NCBI RefSeq assembly: GCF_051903065.1
Contig: NZ_CP178438.1
Origin: Escherichia coli
GTDB lineage: Bacteria; Pseudomonadota; Gammaproteobacteria; Enterobacterales; Enterobacteriaceae
Strand: one strand, 5' to 3'
DNA: 64,000 nucleotides
Part shown: piece by piece, positions 24,790-36,648 of the stretch
Numbering within the stretch: position 1 is the first letter of the stretch
Layout of the letters: each line of letters begins with the position of its first letter
Position numbers and translations under genes: made by a program
The notes under the pieces: generated by a model
Seen by the model: only the letters and a program-made list of their open reading frames with translations
Database searches by the model: none
What the model was told of the DNA's origin: nothing

Positions 24790-27285
24790 TTACTGGCAAA
24801 TATAATTTCTACTTTCATCAATCTCTTTACCGAAGGTGATTGTGCATGAAAGTCCTTGTTGCTTATTAATTGCCACATTAACCGATGGCGGTACTTCATT
24901 GGTGCGAATAAATAACTGACTTCCCTGGCCGACAACGCCAATATTATGACCGTGGATATCATTGACTTCATAACCAAACGTTAATGGTTGCCCATCCGCT
25001 CTTAACGCTTTTATAAACCAGGGCTTGCGCTGATCGGTATCAAAATTAACCAGTACAACCGCGCCGCGATAAGGGGCGGCAATTTTCCGGTTGCCACGTA
25101 ATTCTGCTTCGCTATCGCTTTGCGACACATCCAGCATCAGGTGATTTTCCCGATAAGGTGTCATTCCGTCGTATACCACCACTCCATTACGGTTTGTTGT
25201 GCGATATTTTTGCCCATTGACATAGGCATCTTTAATTCCTGGCGCATTCATCACAGCAAACGTTTCGGAAAGACGGTTCGCCAGATTAACGCCACCCGAC
25301 CAGGCGACAATGCCCCCTGAAACACTGGCTCCAGCCTGTCGATAAGTACTCGACTGACTATAACTGCCATTCACTGTTGCCACCGGCGCGTTCCAGGTTA
25401 AATTCGCTCCAGCTGTCGTTTCATTTCCCTGATGTTGATGACTCAGGTTGACACCATAATTGAACTGTTCCCGACTCCCTACTGTTCCTGATAATCCCGT
25501 ATTATTTGAGGCAAACCCCTGATCATCAAACGTCGTTGAGTTAGACATATATATTTGCCGACGAGGCGTCGAAACGTCATCACCCCAATCAAAGGGAATC
25601 GATATAAAAATATTAAAACGTTTCTCTTCATGATGATTCTCGTCATAAGCCTGGCTTGCCGCGAGGGTATAGCTTATCCGTCGCAGGTTGTTGGAATAAC
25701 TCAACTGATAATCCTTACTACTGCCGCTACGCCCCCAGTAATCTCGCCATAACGTACTTAATGACACAGAACCCCAACCTTCTGGCAATGACTGGCTCAT
25801 ATTGGCGGAAAAGCTATTTTTGCGACCAAAATCATTCTGGTAATAATCGGCAATGTCATAGACATCGTTTTCATTACGGCGATAATTATCTTTATTGTTT
25901 GCCCAAACGTGATCATTAAATGTCCGGTAATCACGCGACGAATAACGCCAGGCCGCCAGACCAAAACGCGTCGACGTTTGGCTCACAAATTTGTTGTAGG
26001 CAATTTGATAACTTTGCCCGTCAAACACATCGCCGTTGTCTTGTTTACTATGCGACTTCGTGGCATCGACGGAAATGGCACCAATGCGTGTATTCCAGCC
26101 AGTCCCCAAAGTGAACGCGTAATAATTATTCGCGACCATCGAGCCACCATACAGCGTCAATAAGTTATTAAAACCACACTGATAACCCGCCTGGACAAAA
26201 TCACTTTGTTTGCTCGCCCCTTCAATATGGCTACGACCCGCCGCAAAATCATATTTCGACACGCCGGGTTGCAGCATATTTGGCACGGCTGCATAAGGCA
26301 CCAGATAGGTGGTTACCGAACCGTCCGCCTCTTTCACGCTGACATCAAGATCTGCTCCACCACCGGCCAACTGCAAATCTGTAATCGCAAACGGGCCAGG
26401 AGGAACCTCTTTCTGATAAACCACAAAACCATTCTGTTCAATAGTTATCAGCGCGTTACTCTGAGCAATCCCCTGCACCCGTGGCGTAAAATTTTGTTTC
26501 GAGTTAGGCAACATCTGCATATCACGAAACAACCGCACACCTCTGAAGCGAACAGAATCAAAAATATCGCTTGATGTGTACATATCACCCACGCGAAGCG
26601 TGCCGAGAAGTTGGGCAAATCCACGTTCCAGATACAGGGTATTGCTTTTCCACACCCCTGGATTGTTATTTGTTTTACTGAAACTGGCATCAGAATGCAG
26701 TTGCCACCCCAGTAAATTTAACCCGCTGTTAAAACGTACATATGTACTCTTACTATTACCCGACGCTTTATAGTCACTGTAATACTGACTCACATAATAA
26801 GAGGTATAAAACGCATTAATACCCCGCTCCCAGTTTTCCGGTGGAACATAGCCACTTTCCAGTTCTTCCACCCAGGCCTGCGGGACACTGAAATCGAGAC
26901 GAAAGACCCCGATATCCCAGGTATAGCTCCCACCCTGAACAAGTTGCTCAAATGTTAAACATTGCTTTCCACTGGCGAAGTTATCGGTGTTAATGCCTAA
27001 CCGCTTGATAATTTCCCTTGATAAACAAGTTTCTTGCGGGTTGTCTTTAACAATGATCTCATATTTCCCGCGCCATTTCTTATTGACATAAATATCGATG
27101 TCATACTGCCCCGGTAAGGGTTGATTATCATCAAGACGAATATTTGCAACCTGCTGGTCTTTCATTCCACCTATCATAAAATGGGTATCAAAGGTTTCTT
27201 CAGCTGCATAAGCTTCAATGCCGAGCAATAACGCTACGATTGCTGATGCAAGTGGGGTCATTCTCAACATAGGCAGCTCCTGCAA
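24790..27285 (-). CDS. yehB: Fimbrial outer-membrane usher YehB
   Basis: ~830 aa usher-type protein; exact start codon not resolved. Confidence 0.85.
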   Translation of the reverse strand: MQELPMLRMTPLASAIVALLLGIEAYAAEETFDTHFMIGGMKDQQVANIRLDDNQPLPGQYDIDIYVNKKWRGKYEIIVKDNPQETCLSREIIKRLGINTDNFASGKQCLTFEQLVQGGSYTWDIGVFRLDFSVPQAWVEELESGYVPPENWERGINAFYTSYYVSQYYSDYKASGNSKSTYVRFNSGLNLLGWQLHSDASFSKTNNNPGVWKSNTLYLERGFAQLLGTLRVGDMYTSSDIFDSVRFRGVRLFRDMQMLPNSKQNFTPRVQGIAQSNALITIEQNGFVVYQKEVPPGPFAITDLQLAGGGADLDVSVKEADGSVTTYLVPYAAVPNMLQPGVSKYDFAAGRSHIEGASKQSDFVQAGYQCGFNNLLTLYGGSMVANNYYAFTLGTGWNTRIGAISVDATKSHSKQDNGDVFDGQSYQIAYNKFVSQTSTRFGLAAWRYSSRDYRTFNDHVWANNKDNYRRNENDVYDIADYYQNDFGRKNSFSANMSQSLPEGWGSVSLSTLWRDYWGRSGSSKDYQLSYSNNLRRISYTLAASQAYDENHHEEKRFNIFISIPFDWGDDVSTPRRQIYMSNSTTFDDQGFASNNTGLSGTVGSREQFNYGVNLSHQHQGNETTAGANLTWNAPVATVNGSYSQSSTYRQAGASVSGGIVAWSGGVNLANRLSETFAVMNAPGIKDAYVNGQKYRTTNRNGVVVYDGMTPYRENHLMLDVSQSDSEAELRGNRKIAAPYRGAVVLVNFDTDQRKPWFIKALRADGQPLTFGYEVNDIHGHNIGVVGQGSQLFIRTNEVPPSVNVAINKQQGLSCTITFGKEIDESRNYICQ

Positions 27286-27960
27286 TTAAATTTTGTCACT
27301 AATATAATTGCCGTGGTCATCGATAATGGTCAGATACCAGTTATTTGCATTATTACTTTTGACATTAACACTCTGACTTTCTAAGGGGGCAATCATAATA
27401 GTTTCATAATTGACTTTAACATTATTAGCTTTGACATCCGAAATCGTCACCCAATTAGCTGAGTCATTTTTTATCACCAATCCATTGCCACTGCGATTTA
27501 CCAGTAACTTTTTAAAGGTCGCTTTATTTACCGGAGCAATACCCGCCGGGCGGTAAAACAATTTGATTCTGTTTTGCATCGCAAACTTCAGTGCATTCTT
27601 ACCTTCTTGTTCTGGACTATTTGGTGGAATATCCAGAACATTCAGATAAAAAATGCTTTCTTTATTAGTGGGCAGTTTATTCGGCATAATTTTGATTTTT
27701 ACTTGCTGCCCGGAATTTGCCCCTATTTTTGCCACTGGTGGCGTTAACATGAAAGGAACCTGAATTTTTTCTGGTGGTAACGACGTATCGCCATCATCAA
27801 TCCACGCCTGCAGCAGCGAAGAACGGTTTCCCTGGTTCATCAACTGCACCATAACTTCTTTATTTTCTGCCGGGTAAATAATGCGCGTCCCGTAGATAAC
27901 AATTCCGGCATGTGCAGGAAGGACCATAGAAAAAATGAGTAAAGATAATAATCCTTTCAT
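27286..27960 (-). CDS. yehC: Periplasmic fimbrial chaperone YehC (PapD-like)
   Basis: 224 aa; signal peptide; adjacent to usher. Confidence 0.85.
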   Translation of the reverse strand: MKGLLSLLIFSMVLPAHAGIVIYGTRIIYPAENKEVMVQLMNQGNRSSLLQAWIDDGDTSLPPEKIQVPFMLTPPVAKIGANSGQQVKIKIMPNKLPTNKESIFYLNVLDIPPNSPEQEGKNALKFAMQNRIKLFYRPAGIAPVNKATFKKLLVNRSGNGLVIKNDSANWVTISDVKANNVKVNYETIMIAPLESQSVNVKSNNANNWYLTIIDDHGNYISDKI

Positions 27961-28040
27961 CTTAATGCCTCTTAAATTAAAAAGCCGCCATGGGGATAGC
28001 GGCCATGTTTATTACCTGGAGAAACTTGCAATTTTATTTA

Positions 28041-28583
28041 TTAATCCTGCGCCACACGCATAACCAGAGAAGATAACACATCACCTGATTGCACTGAGTT
28101 ATCTGTCAGTTTCAGGTATTTTGCTTTAAACGGAATAGCATATTGACCTTCCGCTGTTTTATAACTCTCAATATTAAAAGGTGCAGAAACATCCAGGACA
28201 TCGCTGTTATCACCTAAATAGAGATAGTAACCCACAGTATCGTTGCTACTGGCTATCGCCTTATCGTTACCAGTTATTTTATCGTTGGTAATCAACGAGA
28301 GTTTTACACCAGCAACTTCTTTCGGGCAGCTAATTTTTAACATGCTACTGGTTACACCGACTGCATCATCATAGGTAGAATATTTAGCTTTACCTTCAAA
28401 GACAGTGGTTGGTACAGTTGGCATATTAATACTTACTGAATCACCACCCGCTTCGAATTTACACGGAGATTCTGCAATATTTCCTTTAATGGTTAATGTT
28501 CCGGTATCAACGTCTGCAGCAAATACTCCAGCGCTCATAAAAAAAGAAGAAAAGACAGCGACAGCAATAATTGAACGTTTCAT
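28041..28583 (-). CDS. yehD: Major fimbrial subunit-like protein YehD
   Basis: 180 aa; signal peptide; AT-rich upstream region. Confidence 0.85.
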   Translation of the reverse strand: MKRSIIAVAVFSSFFMSAGVFAADVDTGTLTIKGNIAESPCKFEAGGDSVSINMPTVPTTVFEGKAKYSTYDDAVGVTSSMLKISCPKEVAGVKLSLITNDKITGNDKAIASSNDTVGYYLYLGDNSDVLDVSAPFNIESYKTAEGQYAIPFKAKYLKLTDNSVQSGDVLSSLVMRVAQD

Positions 28584-28875
28584 AATATGTTCCTTAATAA
28601 AATTTATTTTTGGTTGTTAAGAGTCTGTATCTCTTGGAAACAAATTTCTCACATCAAAAAAGTTGCCGCAATGTAAACATATTGTTTTATTGATTTAAAA
28701 CAAATTAACCATTGCAATATAAATACAACAAATACTTAAGAGTATTAAATATTTATCGTATCTATTAATTAATGTAGATTTATGTAAATGGTATTGTTGA
28801 TATCAATAAAAAAGCCGAAATCATTTATATAAATGATTTCGGCTTTCTAAATGCAATTAAAATCAGGTTGCCAAA

Positions 28876-29157
28876 TTAATCGTAGCGATTTAACACGATT
28901 CGACGTTTGCTATCACTACCTGCAACAACCACTTCTGTCGTTACACCTTTGACGGGCGAAGAAACCTGATGACGGGTATCGACATTATACGTTAACTGAC
29001 CACAATGCTGTTGAGGTTGACTATTAACCATAGCCATACTGCATGTTGGGGGACTGATCCTGCCATTAATCGTTAATGTGGCAGTCTCTGAAGAGAACGC
29101 GGGAGAAGCCAATCCATAGGCAAGAAAAATAATTCCTGACAGCCAATACTTATTCAT
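28876..29157 (-). CDS. yehE: Small secreted protein YehE
   Basis: 93 aa with signal peptide (MNKYWLSGIIFLAYGLASPAFS). Confidence 0.6.
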   Translation of the reverse strand: MNKYWLSGIIFLAYGLASPAFSSETATLTINGRISPPTCSMAMVNSQPQQHCGQLTYNVDTRHQVSSPVKGVTTEVVVAGSDSKRRIVLNRYD

Positions 29158-29345
29158 TGAACGTTATCCCTGTAGTAAAGGTTATGCCTGGATAGAATGA
29201 GTGCATAACAAACTATAGCTGTACATCCACTACACAGCACGAAGGATGATAATGAAGCATTGCCTGTACGATCAATCGACTTTGTAGAGTTTCGGACGAA
29301 GGTCCGCAGAATATTCGCAGTATTAAATAAGTGTTCATTAATGCG

Positions 29346-29388
29346 GCAAAAACAAATACACCGCATCAATGTAACATCTCTGCGGTGT
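29346..29388 (-). terminator. Rho-independent terminator downstream of mrp
   Basis: Minus-strand hairpin acaccgca-N15-tgcggtgt followed by atttgttttt. Confidence 0.5.
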
Positions 29389-29418
29389 ATGAAGAATAAC
29401 CAGAATGGTTAATAGGCG

Positions 29419-30528
29419 TTAGACCGCGCGGAAGGAAATCTCGCCTGGAATGACTTCACCCTGCCAGTAGAGCTGAGCTGCAACGCGGTCAGCCAGCTGG
29501 CGGTAGATAGCGGTAAATTCGCTCTCCGGACGGCTGATAACCGTTGGCGTGCCTTTATCGAGATCCTCACGTAAGGAAATATGTAACGGCATCTGCCCCA
29601 GCAGTTGTGTGTGGTATTTCTCTGCCAGTTTCTCTGCACCACCGGTACCAAAAATCGGTTCATGGTGACCACAGTTACTGCAAATATGCACACTCATGTT
29701 CTCGACAATACCGAGCACCGGAACCTCGACTTTCTCGAACATCACAATGCCTTTTTTCGCATCGATCAACGCGATGTCCTGCGGGGTGGTGACCACGACT
29801 GCACCAGTTACTGGAATGTTTTGCGCCAGCGTCAATTGAATGTCACCGGTGCCTGGCGGCATATCAAGCACCAGATAGTCGAGATCCGGCCACAAGGTTT
29901 CCTGCAACATCTGCATTAACGCCTTGCTCGCCATCGGTCCACGCCACACCATCGCATTGTCGTCAGTGACCAGATAACCAATTGAATTGGTTGCCAGGCC
30001 ATGAGACATAATCGGTGCCATATGGGTACCGTCCGGCGAAGTTGGACGCTGATTTTCTGCGCCCAGCATGGTGGGAATTGATGGGCCGTAGATATCGGCG
30101 TCCAGAATGCCGACTTTCGCCCCTTCCGCCGCCAGTGCCAGCGCCAGGTTTACCGCCGTGGAGGATTTACCCACGCCGCCTTTACCGGAACTGACCGCAA
30201 TGATGTTCTTCACGCCATTAATACCCGGCTGATTCTTCACGCGTTTTAAGGTGGCGATATTGTGCGACAGTTTCCAGTCGATAGCTTTCGCCCCGGTGAT
30301 ACGCAGCAGTTCGGCGCTACATTGCTCTTTTAACTCTTCAAACGCGCTATGCCAGACGAATGGCATAACCAGTTCCACATGCAACGTGTCGTCCATCCAG
30401 GCGACATGGTGCAACGCTTTCAGCGTGGTGAGGTTATGCTTCAGGGTTGGGTGCTGAAAATTGGCCAGTGTCCCGGCGACCATTGCGCGCAAGGCTTCTG
30501 GTGATTTGGCCTGGGATTGTTCGTTCAT
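29419..30528 (-). CDS. mrp: Fe-S cluster carrier ATPase Mrp/ApbC
   Basis: 369 aa from MNEQSQAKSPE; deviant Walker A (GKGGVGKSS) and CxxC (CSNCGH). Confidence 0.92.
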   Translation of the reverse strand: MNEQSQAKSPEALRAMVAGTLANFQHPTLKHNLTTLKALHHVAWMDDTLHVELVMPFVWHSAFEELKEQCSAELLRITGAKAIDWKLSHNIATLKRVKNQPGINGVKNIIAVSSGKGGVGKSSTAVNLALALAAEGAKVGILDADIYGPSIPTMLGAENQRPTSPDGTHMAPIMSHGLATNSIGYLVTDDNAMVWRGPMASKALMQMLQETLWPDLDYLVLDMPPGTGDIQLTLAQNIPVTGAVVVTTPQDIALIDAKKGIVMFEKVEVPVLGIVENMSVHICSNCGHHEPIFGTGGAEKLAEKYHTQLLGQMPLHISLREDLDKGTPTVISRPESEFTAIYRQLADRVAAQLYWQGEVIPGEISFRAV

Positions 30529-30659
30529 CCCGACTCCTTTTTTGTATAGATAAACCATCAGCTGATAGTTTACCTGAAGAATATAGAGAAGTACTTACTT
30601 AACATTTTCCCATTTGGTACTATCTAACCCCTTTTCACTATTAAGAAGTAATGCCTACT

Positions 30660-32693
30660 ATGACTCAAGTCGCGAAGAAAATTCTGGTGACGTGCGCACT
30701 GCCGTACGCTAACGGCTCAATCCACCTCGGCCATATGCTGGAGCACATCCAGGCTGATGTCTGGGTCCGTTACCAGCGAATGCGCGGCCACGAGGTCAAC
30801 TTCATCTGCGCCGACGATGCCCACGGTACACCGATCATGCTGAAAGCTCAGCAGCTTGGTATCACCCCGGAGCAGATGATTGGCGAAATGAGTCAGGAGC
30901 ATCAGACTGATTTCGCAGGCTTTAACATCAGCTATGACAACTATCACTCGACGCACAGCGAAGAGAACCGCCAGTTGTCTGAGCTTATCTATACTCGCCT
31001 GAAAGAAAACGGTTTTATTAAAAACCGCACCATCTCTCAGCTGTACGATCCGGAAAAAGGCATGTTCCTGCCGGACCGTTTTGTGAAAGGCACCTGCCCG
31101 AAATGTAAATCCCCGGATCAATACGGCGATAACTGCGAAGTCTGCGGCGCGACCTACAGCCCGACTGAACTGATCGAGCCGAAATCGGTGGTTTCTGGCG
31201 CTACCCCGGTAATGCGTGATTCTGAACACTTCTTCTTTGATCTGCCCTCTTTCAGCGAAATGTTGCAGGCATGGACCCGCAGCGGTGCGTTGCAGGAGCA
31301 GGTGGCAAATAAAATGCAGGAGTGGTTTGAATCCGGTCTGCAACAGTGGGATATCTCCCGCGACGCGCCGTACTTCGGTTTTGAAATTCCGAACGCGCCG
31401 GGTAAATATTTCTACGTCTGGCTGGATGCGCCGATTGGCTATATGGGTTCTTTCAAGAATCTGTGCGACAAGCGCGGCGACAGCGTAAGCTTCGATGAAT
31501 ACTGGAAGAAAGACTCCACCGCCGAGCTGTACCACTTCATCGGTAAAGATATTGTTTACTTCCACAGTCTGTTCTGGCCTGCAATGCTGGAAGGCAGCAA
31601 CTTCCGCAAGCCGACCAACTTGTTTGTTCACGGCTATGTGACAGTGAACGGTGCGAAGATGTCCAAGTCTCGCGGCACCTTTATTAAAGCCAGCACCTGG
31701 CTGAATCATTTTGACGCCGACAGCCTGCGTTACTACTACACTGCGAAACTCTCTTCGCGCATTGATGATATCGATCTCAACCTGGAAGATTTCGTTCAGC
31801 GCGTGAATGCCGATATCGTTAACAAAGTGGTTAACCTGGCCTCTCGTAATGCGGGCTTTATCAACAAGCGTTTTGACGGCGTGCTGGCAAGCGAACTGGC
31901 TGACCCGCAGTTGTACAAAACCTTCACTGATGCCGCTGAAGTGATTGGTGAAGCGTGGGAAAGCCGCGAATTTGGTAAAGCAGTGCGCGAAATCATGGCG
32001 CTGGCTGATCTGGCTAACCGCTATGTCGATGAACAGGCTCCGTGGGTGGTGGCGAAACAGGAAGGCCGCGATGCCGACCTGCAGGCAATTTGCTCAATGG
32101 GCATAAACCTGTTCCGCGTGCTGATGACTTACCTGAAGCCGGTACTGCCGAAACTGACCGAGCGCGCAGAAGCATTCCTTAATACGGAACTGACCTGGGA
32201 TGGTATCCAGCAACCGCTGCTGGGCCATAAAGTGAATCCGTTCAAGGCGCTGTATAACCGCATAGATATGAAGCAGGTTGAAGCACTGGTGGAAGCGTCT
32301 AAAGAAGAAGTGAAAGCAGCTGCCGCGCCGGTAACTGGCCCGCTGGCAGATGATCCGATTCAGGAAACCATCACCTTTGACGACTTCGCTAAAGTTGACC
32401 TGCGCGTGGCGCTGATTGAAAACGCAGAGTTTGTTGAAGGTTCTGACAAACTGCTGCGCCTGACGCTGGATCTCGGCGGTGAAAAACGCAATGTCTTCTC
32501 TGGCATTCGTTCTGCTTACCCGGATCCGCAGGTACTGATTGGTCGTCACACCATTATGGTGGCTAACCTGGCACCACGTAAAATGCGCTTCGGTATCTCT
32601 GAAGGCATGGTGATGGCTGCCGGTCCTGGCGGGAAAGATATTTTCCTGCTAAGCCCGGATGCCGGTGCTAAACCGGGTCATCAGGTGAAATAA
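30660..32693 (+). CDS. metG: Methionyl-tRNA synthetase
   Basis: 677 aa from [14 protein letters not shown] motif (GSIHLGH), KMSKS, zinc knuckle (CPKC...CEVC). Confidence 0.95.
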   Translation: MTQVAKKILVTCALPYANGSIHLGHMLEHIQADVWVRYQRMRGHEVNFICADDAHGTPIMLKAQQLGITPEQMIGEMSQEHQTDFAGFNISYDNYHSTHSEENRQLSELIYTRLKENGFIKNRTISQLYDPEKGMFLPDRFVKGTCPKCKSPDQYGDNCEVCGATYSPTELIEPKSVVSGATPVMRDSEHFFFDLPSFSEMLQAWTRSGALQEQVANKMQEWFESGLQQWDISRDAPYFGFEIPNAPGKYFYVWLDAPIGYMGSFKNLCDKRGDSVSFDEYWKKDSTAELYHFIGKDIVYFHSLFWPAMLEGSNFRKPTNLFVHGYVTVNGAKMSKSRGTFIKASTWLNHFDADSLRYYYTAKLSSRIDDIDLNLEDFVQRVNADIVNKVVNLASRNAGFINKRFDGVLASELADPQLYKTFTDAAEVIGEAWESREFGKAVREIMALADLANRYVDEQAPWVVAKQEGRDADLQAICSMGINLFRVLMTYLKPVLPKLTERAEAFLNTELTWDGIQQPLLGHKVNPFKALYNRIDMKQVEALVEASKEEVKAAAAPVTGPLADDPIQETITFDDFAKVDLRVALIENAEFVEGSDKLLRLTLDLGGEKRNVFSGIRSAYPDPQVLIGRHTIMVANLAPRKMRFGISEGMVMAAGPGGKDIFLLSPDAGAKPGHQVK

Positions 32694-32702
32694 TCCCCCT
32701 TC

Positions 32703-32734
32703 AAGGCGCTGCATCGACAGCGCCTTTTCTTTAT
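32703..32734 (+). terminator. Rho-independent terminator of metG
   Basis: aaggcgctgcatcgacagcgcctt followed by ttctttat. Confidence 0.6.
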
Positions 32735-32833
32735 AAATTCCTAAAGTTGTTTTCTTGTTTGTTCAACGCTCTTAATTTTTTTCATTAACTGCTAGCATCC
32801 GCTTATAACTGGATATAAATACAGGGAACGCGG

Positions 32834-35800
32834 ATGAAGAGTTATATCTATCAGGACGAAAAATCACATAAATTCTGGGCGGTGGAGCAGCAGGGAAACG
32901 AGTTGCATATCAGCTGGGGAAAAGTTGGTACCCAAGGGCAAAGCCAGGTAAAAAATTTTGCTGATGTTGCAGCAGCGGAAAAAGCGAAACTGAAGCTTAT
33001 CGCGGAGAAAACGAAAAAAGGCTATGTGGAAAATGCTTCAGCAAACGTGCATATCCCCCCCATTACCAAAGCCACTCCTGAAGTTGAAACTTCCCCTGAG
33101 AGTAAAAACCAACGCCCCTGGCTGGCTGATGATGCGGTCATTCGGCTAACTGACGATATTAATCGATTTGCTTTTCCTCATCGCTCTCGCCCCAGAGAGA
33201 TCAATTATCTGCACAAAGATGGTCAAATATGGCAGCTCATCGCGAATAACACCAGAGCATATGATCCCGCCAACAATTACCGTTCTTATCCAGAAAACTG
33301 GCAGCAGGCTTTTGCTGAGTTACAAATGCGAGTTCAGGGTAATCAACAGACAGGGAGTGTGCAATCTGATGCAGCATTGCTCTGGAGTTTCTGGAACTCT
33401 TACTCTGCAGATGAACTGGTCGATGACTTAGTCATTCGCTGTGGTCTGGAAAGTGCCGTTGAAATTGCCCTTCTCGCTCTTCAACTTAGATATAAACCAG
33501 TAAAAGCCGACGTCACCACCATCATTCCCCCTGATCTCAAAGCAGAATCGCTACCGAACTGGCATCAACGTCTATGTCATCATCTTTCACTCGCTTCAGA
33601 AGATGAGTGGCAACGCTGTGTAGATAAGGTACTCGCGGCTATTCCCTCGCTATCCCCAGCACGGCAACCTTTTGCGGCGTTACTGATCCCTGAACGCCCG
33701 GATATCGCCAATGCTATGGCGCTACATTATGCAGATCAAAACGTTCCGGCGATGACCTGGTTAAGTATGATGGTAAGCGATGATGTTGCCCTGGCCATCC
33801 AGGAAAAATATGGTTTCCCACCGCTATATAATGATTTCCGCAAATATCTGGCTACGTTACTGGCAAATAATGGAATGCGTGGTGTAAGCCGGATTCTTCT
33901 CAAGCTACCTGTCGACTATCCCGTAAAATACACGGACCTTTTCACTCACATACACGCCAATGCTGAAAATCTTGTCAAATGGCTATGGAAAACGAATCAC
34001 CCGGATGCGATTCAAATTCTGATCCTCGGTGTAAATGGCAAGAAAAAGCACCTGGAATACTTAAGCAAAGCCTGCCAAAAACATCCCGCTGCGGCTATTG
34101 CCGCTTATGCTACTTTGCTGGCAATACATGAAAATAATGAGTGGCGTAAAGCGCTTGTCAAACTGATTACCGCCACGCCAGAGTTAGTATGCGAGGTCAT
34201 TCCCTGGGTTAATGCTAAGGCGGCAGGCATCTTATCTGAATGTCGTCCGCTGCCAATAGCTGAAGAATGTGAATATGCCACTGTGGATATGTTGCCGGAG
34301 CTGCTGGTCGCTCCACCGTGGGTAATAAATAAGAAAAAGAATGTCATACCCGTATTTGATTTACCGGTACTTCCCATTCCTGCCGTCACGGATATCACAC
34401 CAGGAATTACAGAGTTAATCAGTCATACTGACATATCCAGATTCAGTGAAATCGCGCAATATCAGGCATCACAGCAAACCTTATTTACCGACCTGCCACT
34501 AATTGAAAAAGAAAGCTGGGAGACATCTTTCATTCCTTTTACACCAGAACAACAAATTCTTTGGCAATTAGGTTTTAATGAATGGCTGCATTGCGAAAAT
34601 GACTTACATGAAAAAAAATATATACCGCAAAGCGCTGTTGATGCCTTGTTGCGCTTTGATTTTTCAGCACTAAAAGCTGAGTTTGCGAAATATCACAACA
34701 ATGCCAACAAAAGCTGGAATCTATCTGCGCTTTGTTACTTACCGGGACAACAGGCGATCTCATTTCTCAACCAAATAATCATTGAGGAGCGATATTCAGG
34801 TGAGAAAGAGATTCTGGCGGTTTTTGGTAGTACGGCCATTCCTGCGTTTATGACCTGCTTGCAACGAGATCATCAACGCCTGTGGATATTCACCCTTTTT
34901 ATTGGAGCCAGTGAACTAGCCTTACCAATGGCGCAGCGGTTACAGAAAAAAATAGCTTACAAGGATGCCGTTAATTGGCTGGCAAATAACCCGCGCCATG
35001 CCGCCGCCGGGCTACTGCCTTTGGCGCTGGGCAAACCGTGCCAAAATCGGGAATATGCCCGCCAGGCACTCCTCCTGCTAGTGAAATTAAACCAGCGAGA
35101 AACGATTGAGGAAATCGCCCAAGGATATAATCAACCTGATGTTTTAGCTGCGCTGGCAACATTATTTGATAGCGACCCACTGGAAGAATATCCTGCAAAA
35201 ATCGCCCCACTGCCCGGCTTTTATCAGTTCCCCTTATGGCGCAGACCTCGGCTTAAAAGTAACAACCTGCCTCTGCCAGATGACGCTATGCGCCACCTCG
35301 GCACAATGTTGAGCTTTCCACGCGACATTACCTCCTACGCTGGGCTGGCGATCATCAAAGAGACCTTCACCCGCGAATCACTGGCTGACTTTGGCTGGGA
35401 TCTCTACACGGCATGGACAGAAGCAGGCGCACCCGCAAAAGAGAACTGGGCATTTACCTCGCTGGGGATTCTAGGCAATGACGACACCGCGCGTAAACTA
35501 ACCCCGCTCATCCGCGCCTGGCCGGGTGAATCCCAGCATAAACGCGCGGTTTACGGGCTGGATGTGTTAGCCAGTATCGGTAGCGACATTGCGCTTATGT
35601 TGCTTAATGGCATTGCGCAAAAGATTAAATTCGTTGCATTACAGGAATATGCCAGCGACAGAATCAATATGGTCGCCGAAAATCGCGGACTGACAATGGC
35701 CGAACTGGAAGATCGCCTGGCACCGGATTTAGGGCTTGATAGCAGTGGCTCGCTAATATACTGGATTTCGGCCCCCGCAAATTCACCGTTGGTTTTGACG

Positions 35801-36636
35801 AAACCTTAAAACCTGTAGTGTGCGATGCAAACGGCAAAGTCCTGAAAGATTTACCTAAGACAAACCAGAGCGATGATAAAACACTGGCAACTGACGCAGT
35901 TAATCTCTTCAAACAGTTGAAAAAAGATGTTCGTGCTATCGCCAGCCAGCAAATTACCCGTCTGGAACAGGCTATGTGCCAGCGCAGACGCTGGACGGCA
36001 GAGCAGTTCCGCCTGTTTCTGGTGGAGCATCCGCTGGTACGTCACTTAACCCGACGGCTGTTATGGGGGGTTTATAACGATGAAAACGCCCTTATCATCT
36101 GTTTTCGCGTGGCAGAAGACAGCACTTACAGCGATGCGCAGGATGAGTTATTCACGCTGCCAGCAGGAAACATCGGTATACCGCATGTGCTGGAAATCCC
36201 CCCTGAATCCGCCGCTGCATTCAGGCAAATTTACGTTGATTACGAACTGCTTCCCCCTTTCCAACAGCTCGAACGTGGTAGTTACCACCTTGCTGATAAC
36301 GAACGTAATGTCCATGAATTGTCACGCTGGAACGGACGTCTCTGCCAGGCCGGACGCATTGTCGGGCTGGAACGCAGAGGCTGGCAACGTCTGGAAGAAA
36401 GCGGCAGCGTCTATGCGATGCGCAAATCTACCCCTTATGGTGCTCTCGAACTTGAAACAGAACCTTTTTCATTAATTTATGGCGAAACGGGGTATAGCGA
36501 CCTGCTGCCTGTCGAAAGCGTAAAAATCACCGCCCCTTATGATCGCTATGGTAAACAATCCTCACCCACTTTCTCCGTGCTCGACGACATCACCGCCAGC
36601 GAGCTGATTAACGACATTGAATCACTGTTTGATTAA
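32834..36636 (+). pseudogene. Giant WGR-domain / DUF4132-family protein (molR/yehH-like), disrupted by a frameshift near 35757
   Basis: ORFs 32834..35809 (991 aa) and 35818..36636 (272 aa) are in different frames; joined they are colinear with the intact 1249-aa paralog downstream; break is at ctaatatactggat. Confidence 0.75.
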
Positions 36637-36648
36637 AAGGATTTAACA

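Noticed and set aside
36080-36475. 131-aa ORF in an alternative frame inside the molR-like gene, and similar internal or antisense ORFs throughout the window (e.g. 18184..18521, 42234..42995, 58570..59544)
   Set aside because: Embedded in or antisense to longer, well-supported genes, with no SD or domain signal; typical of GC-rich coding DNA.
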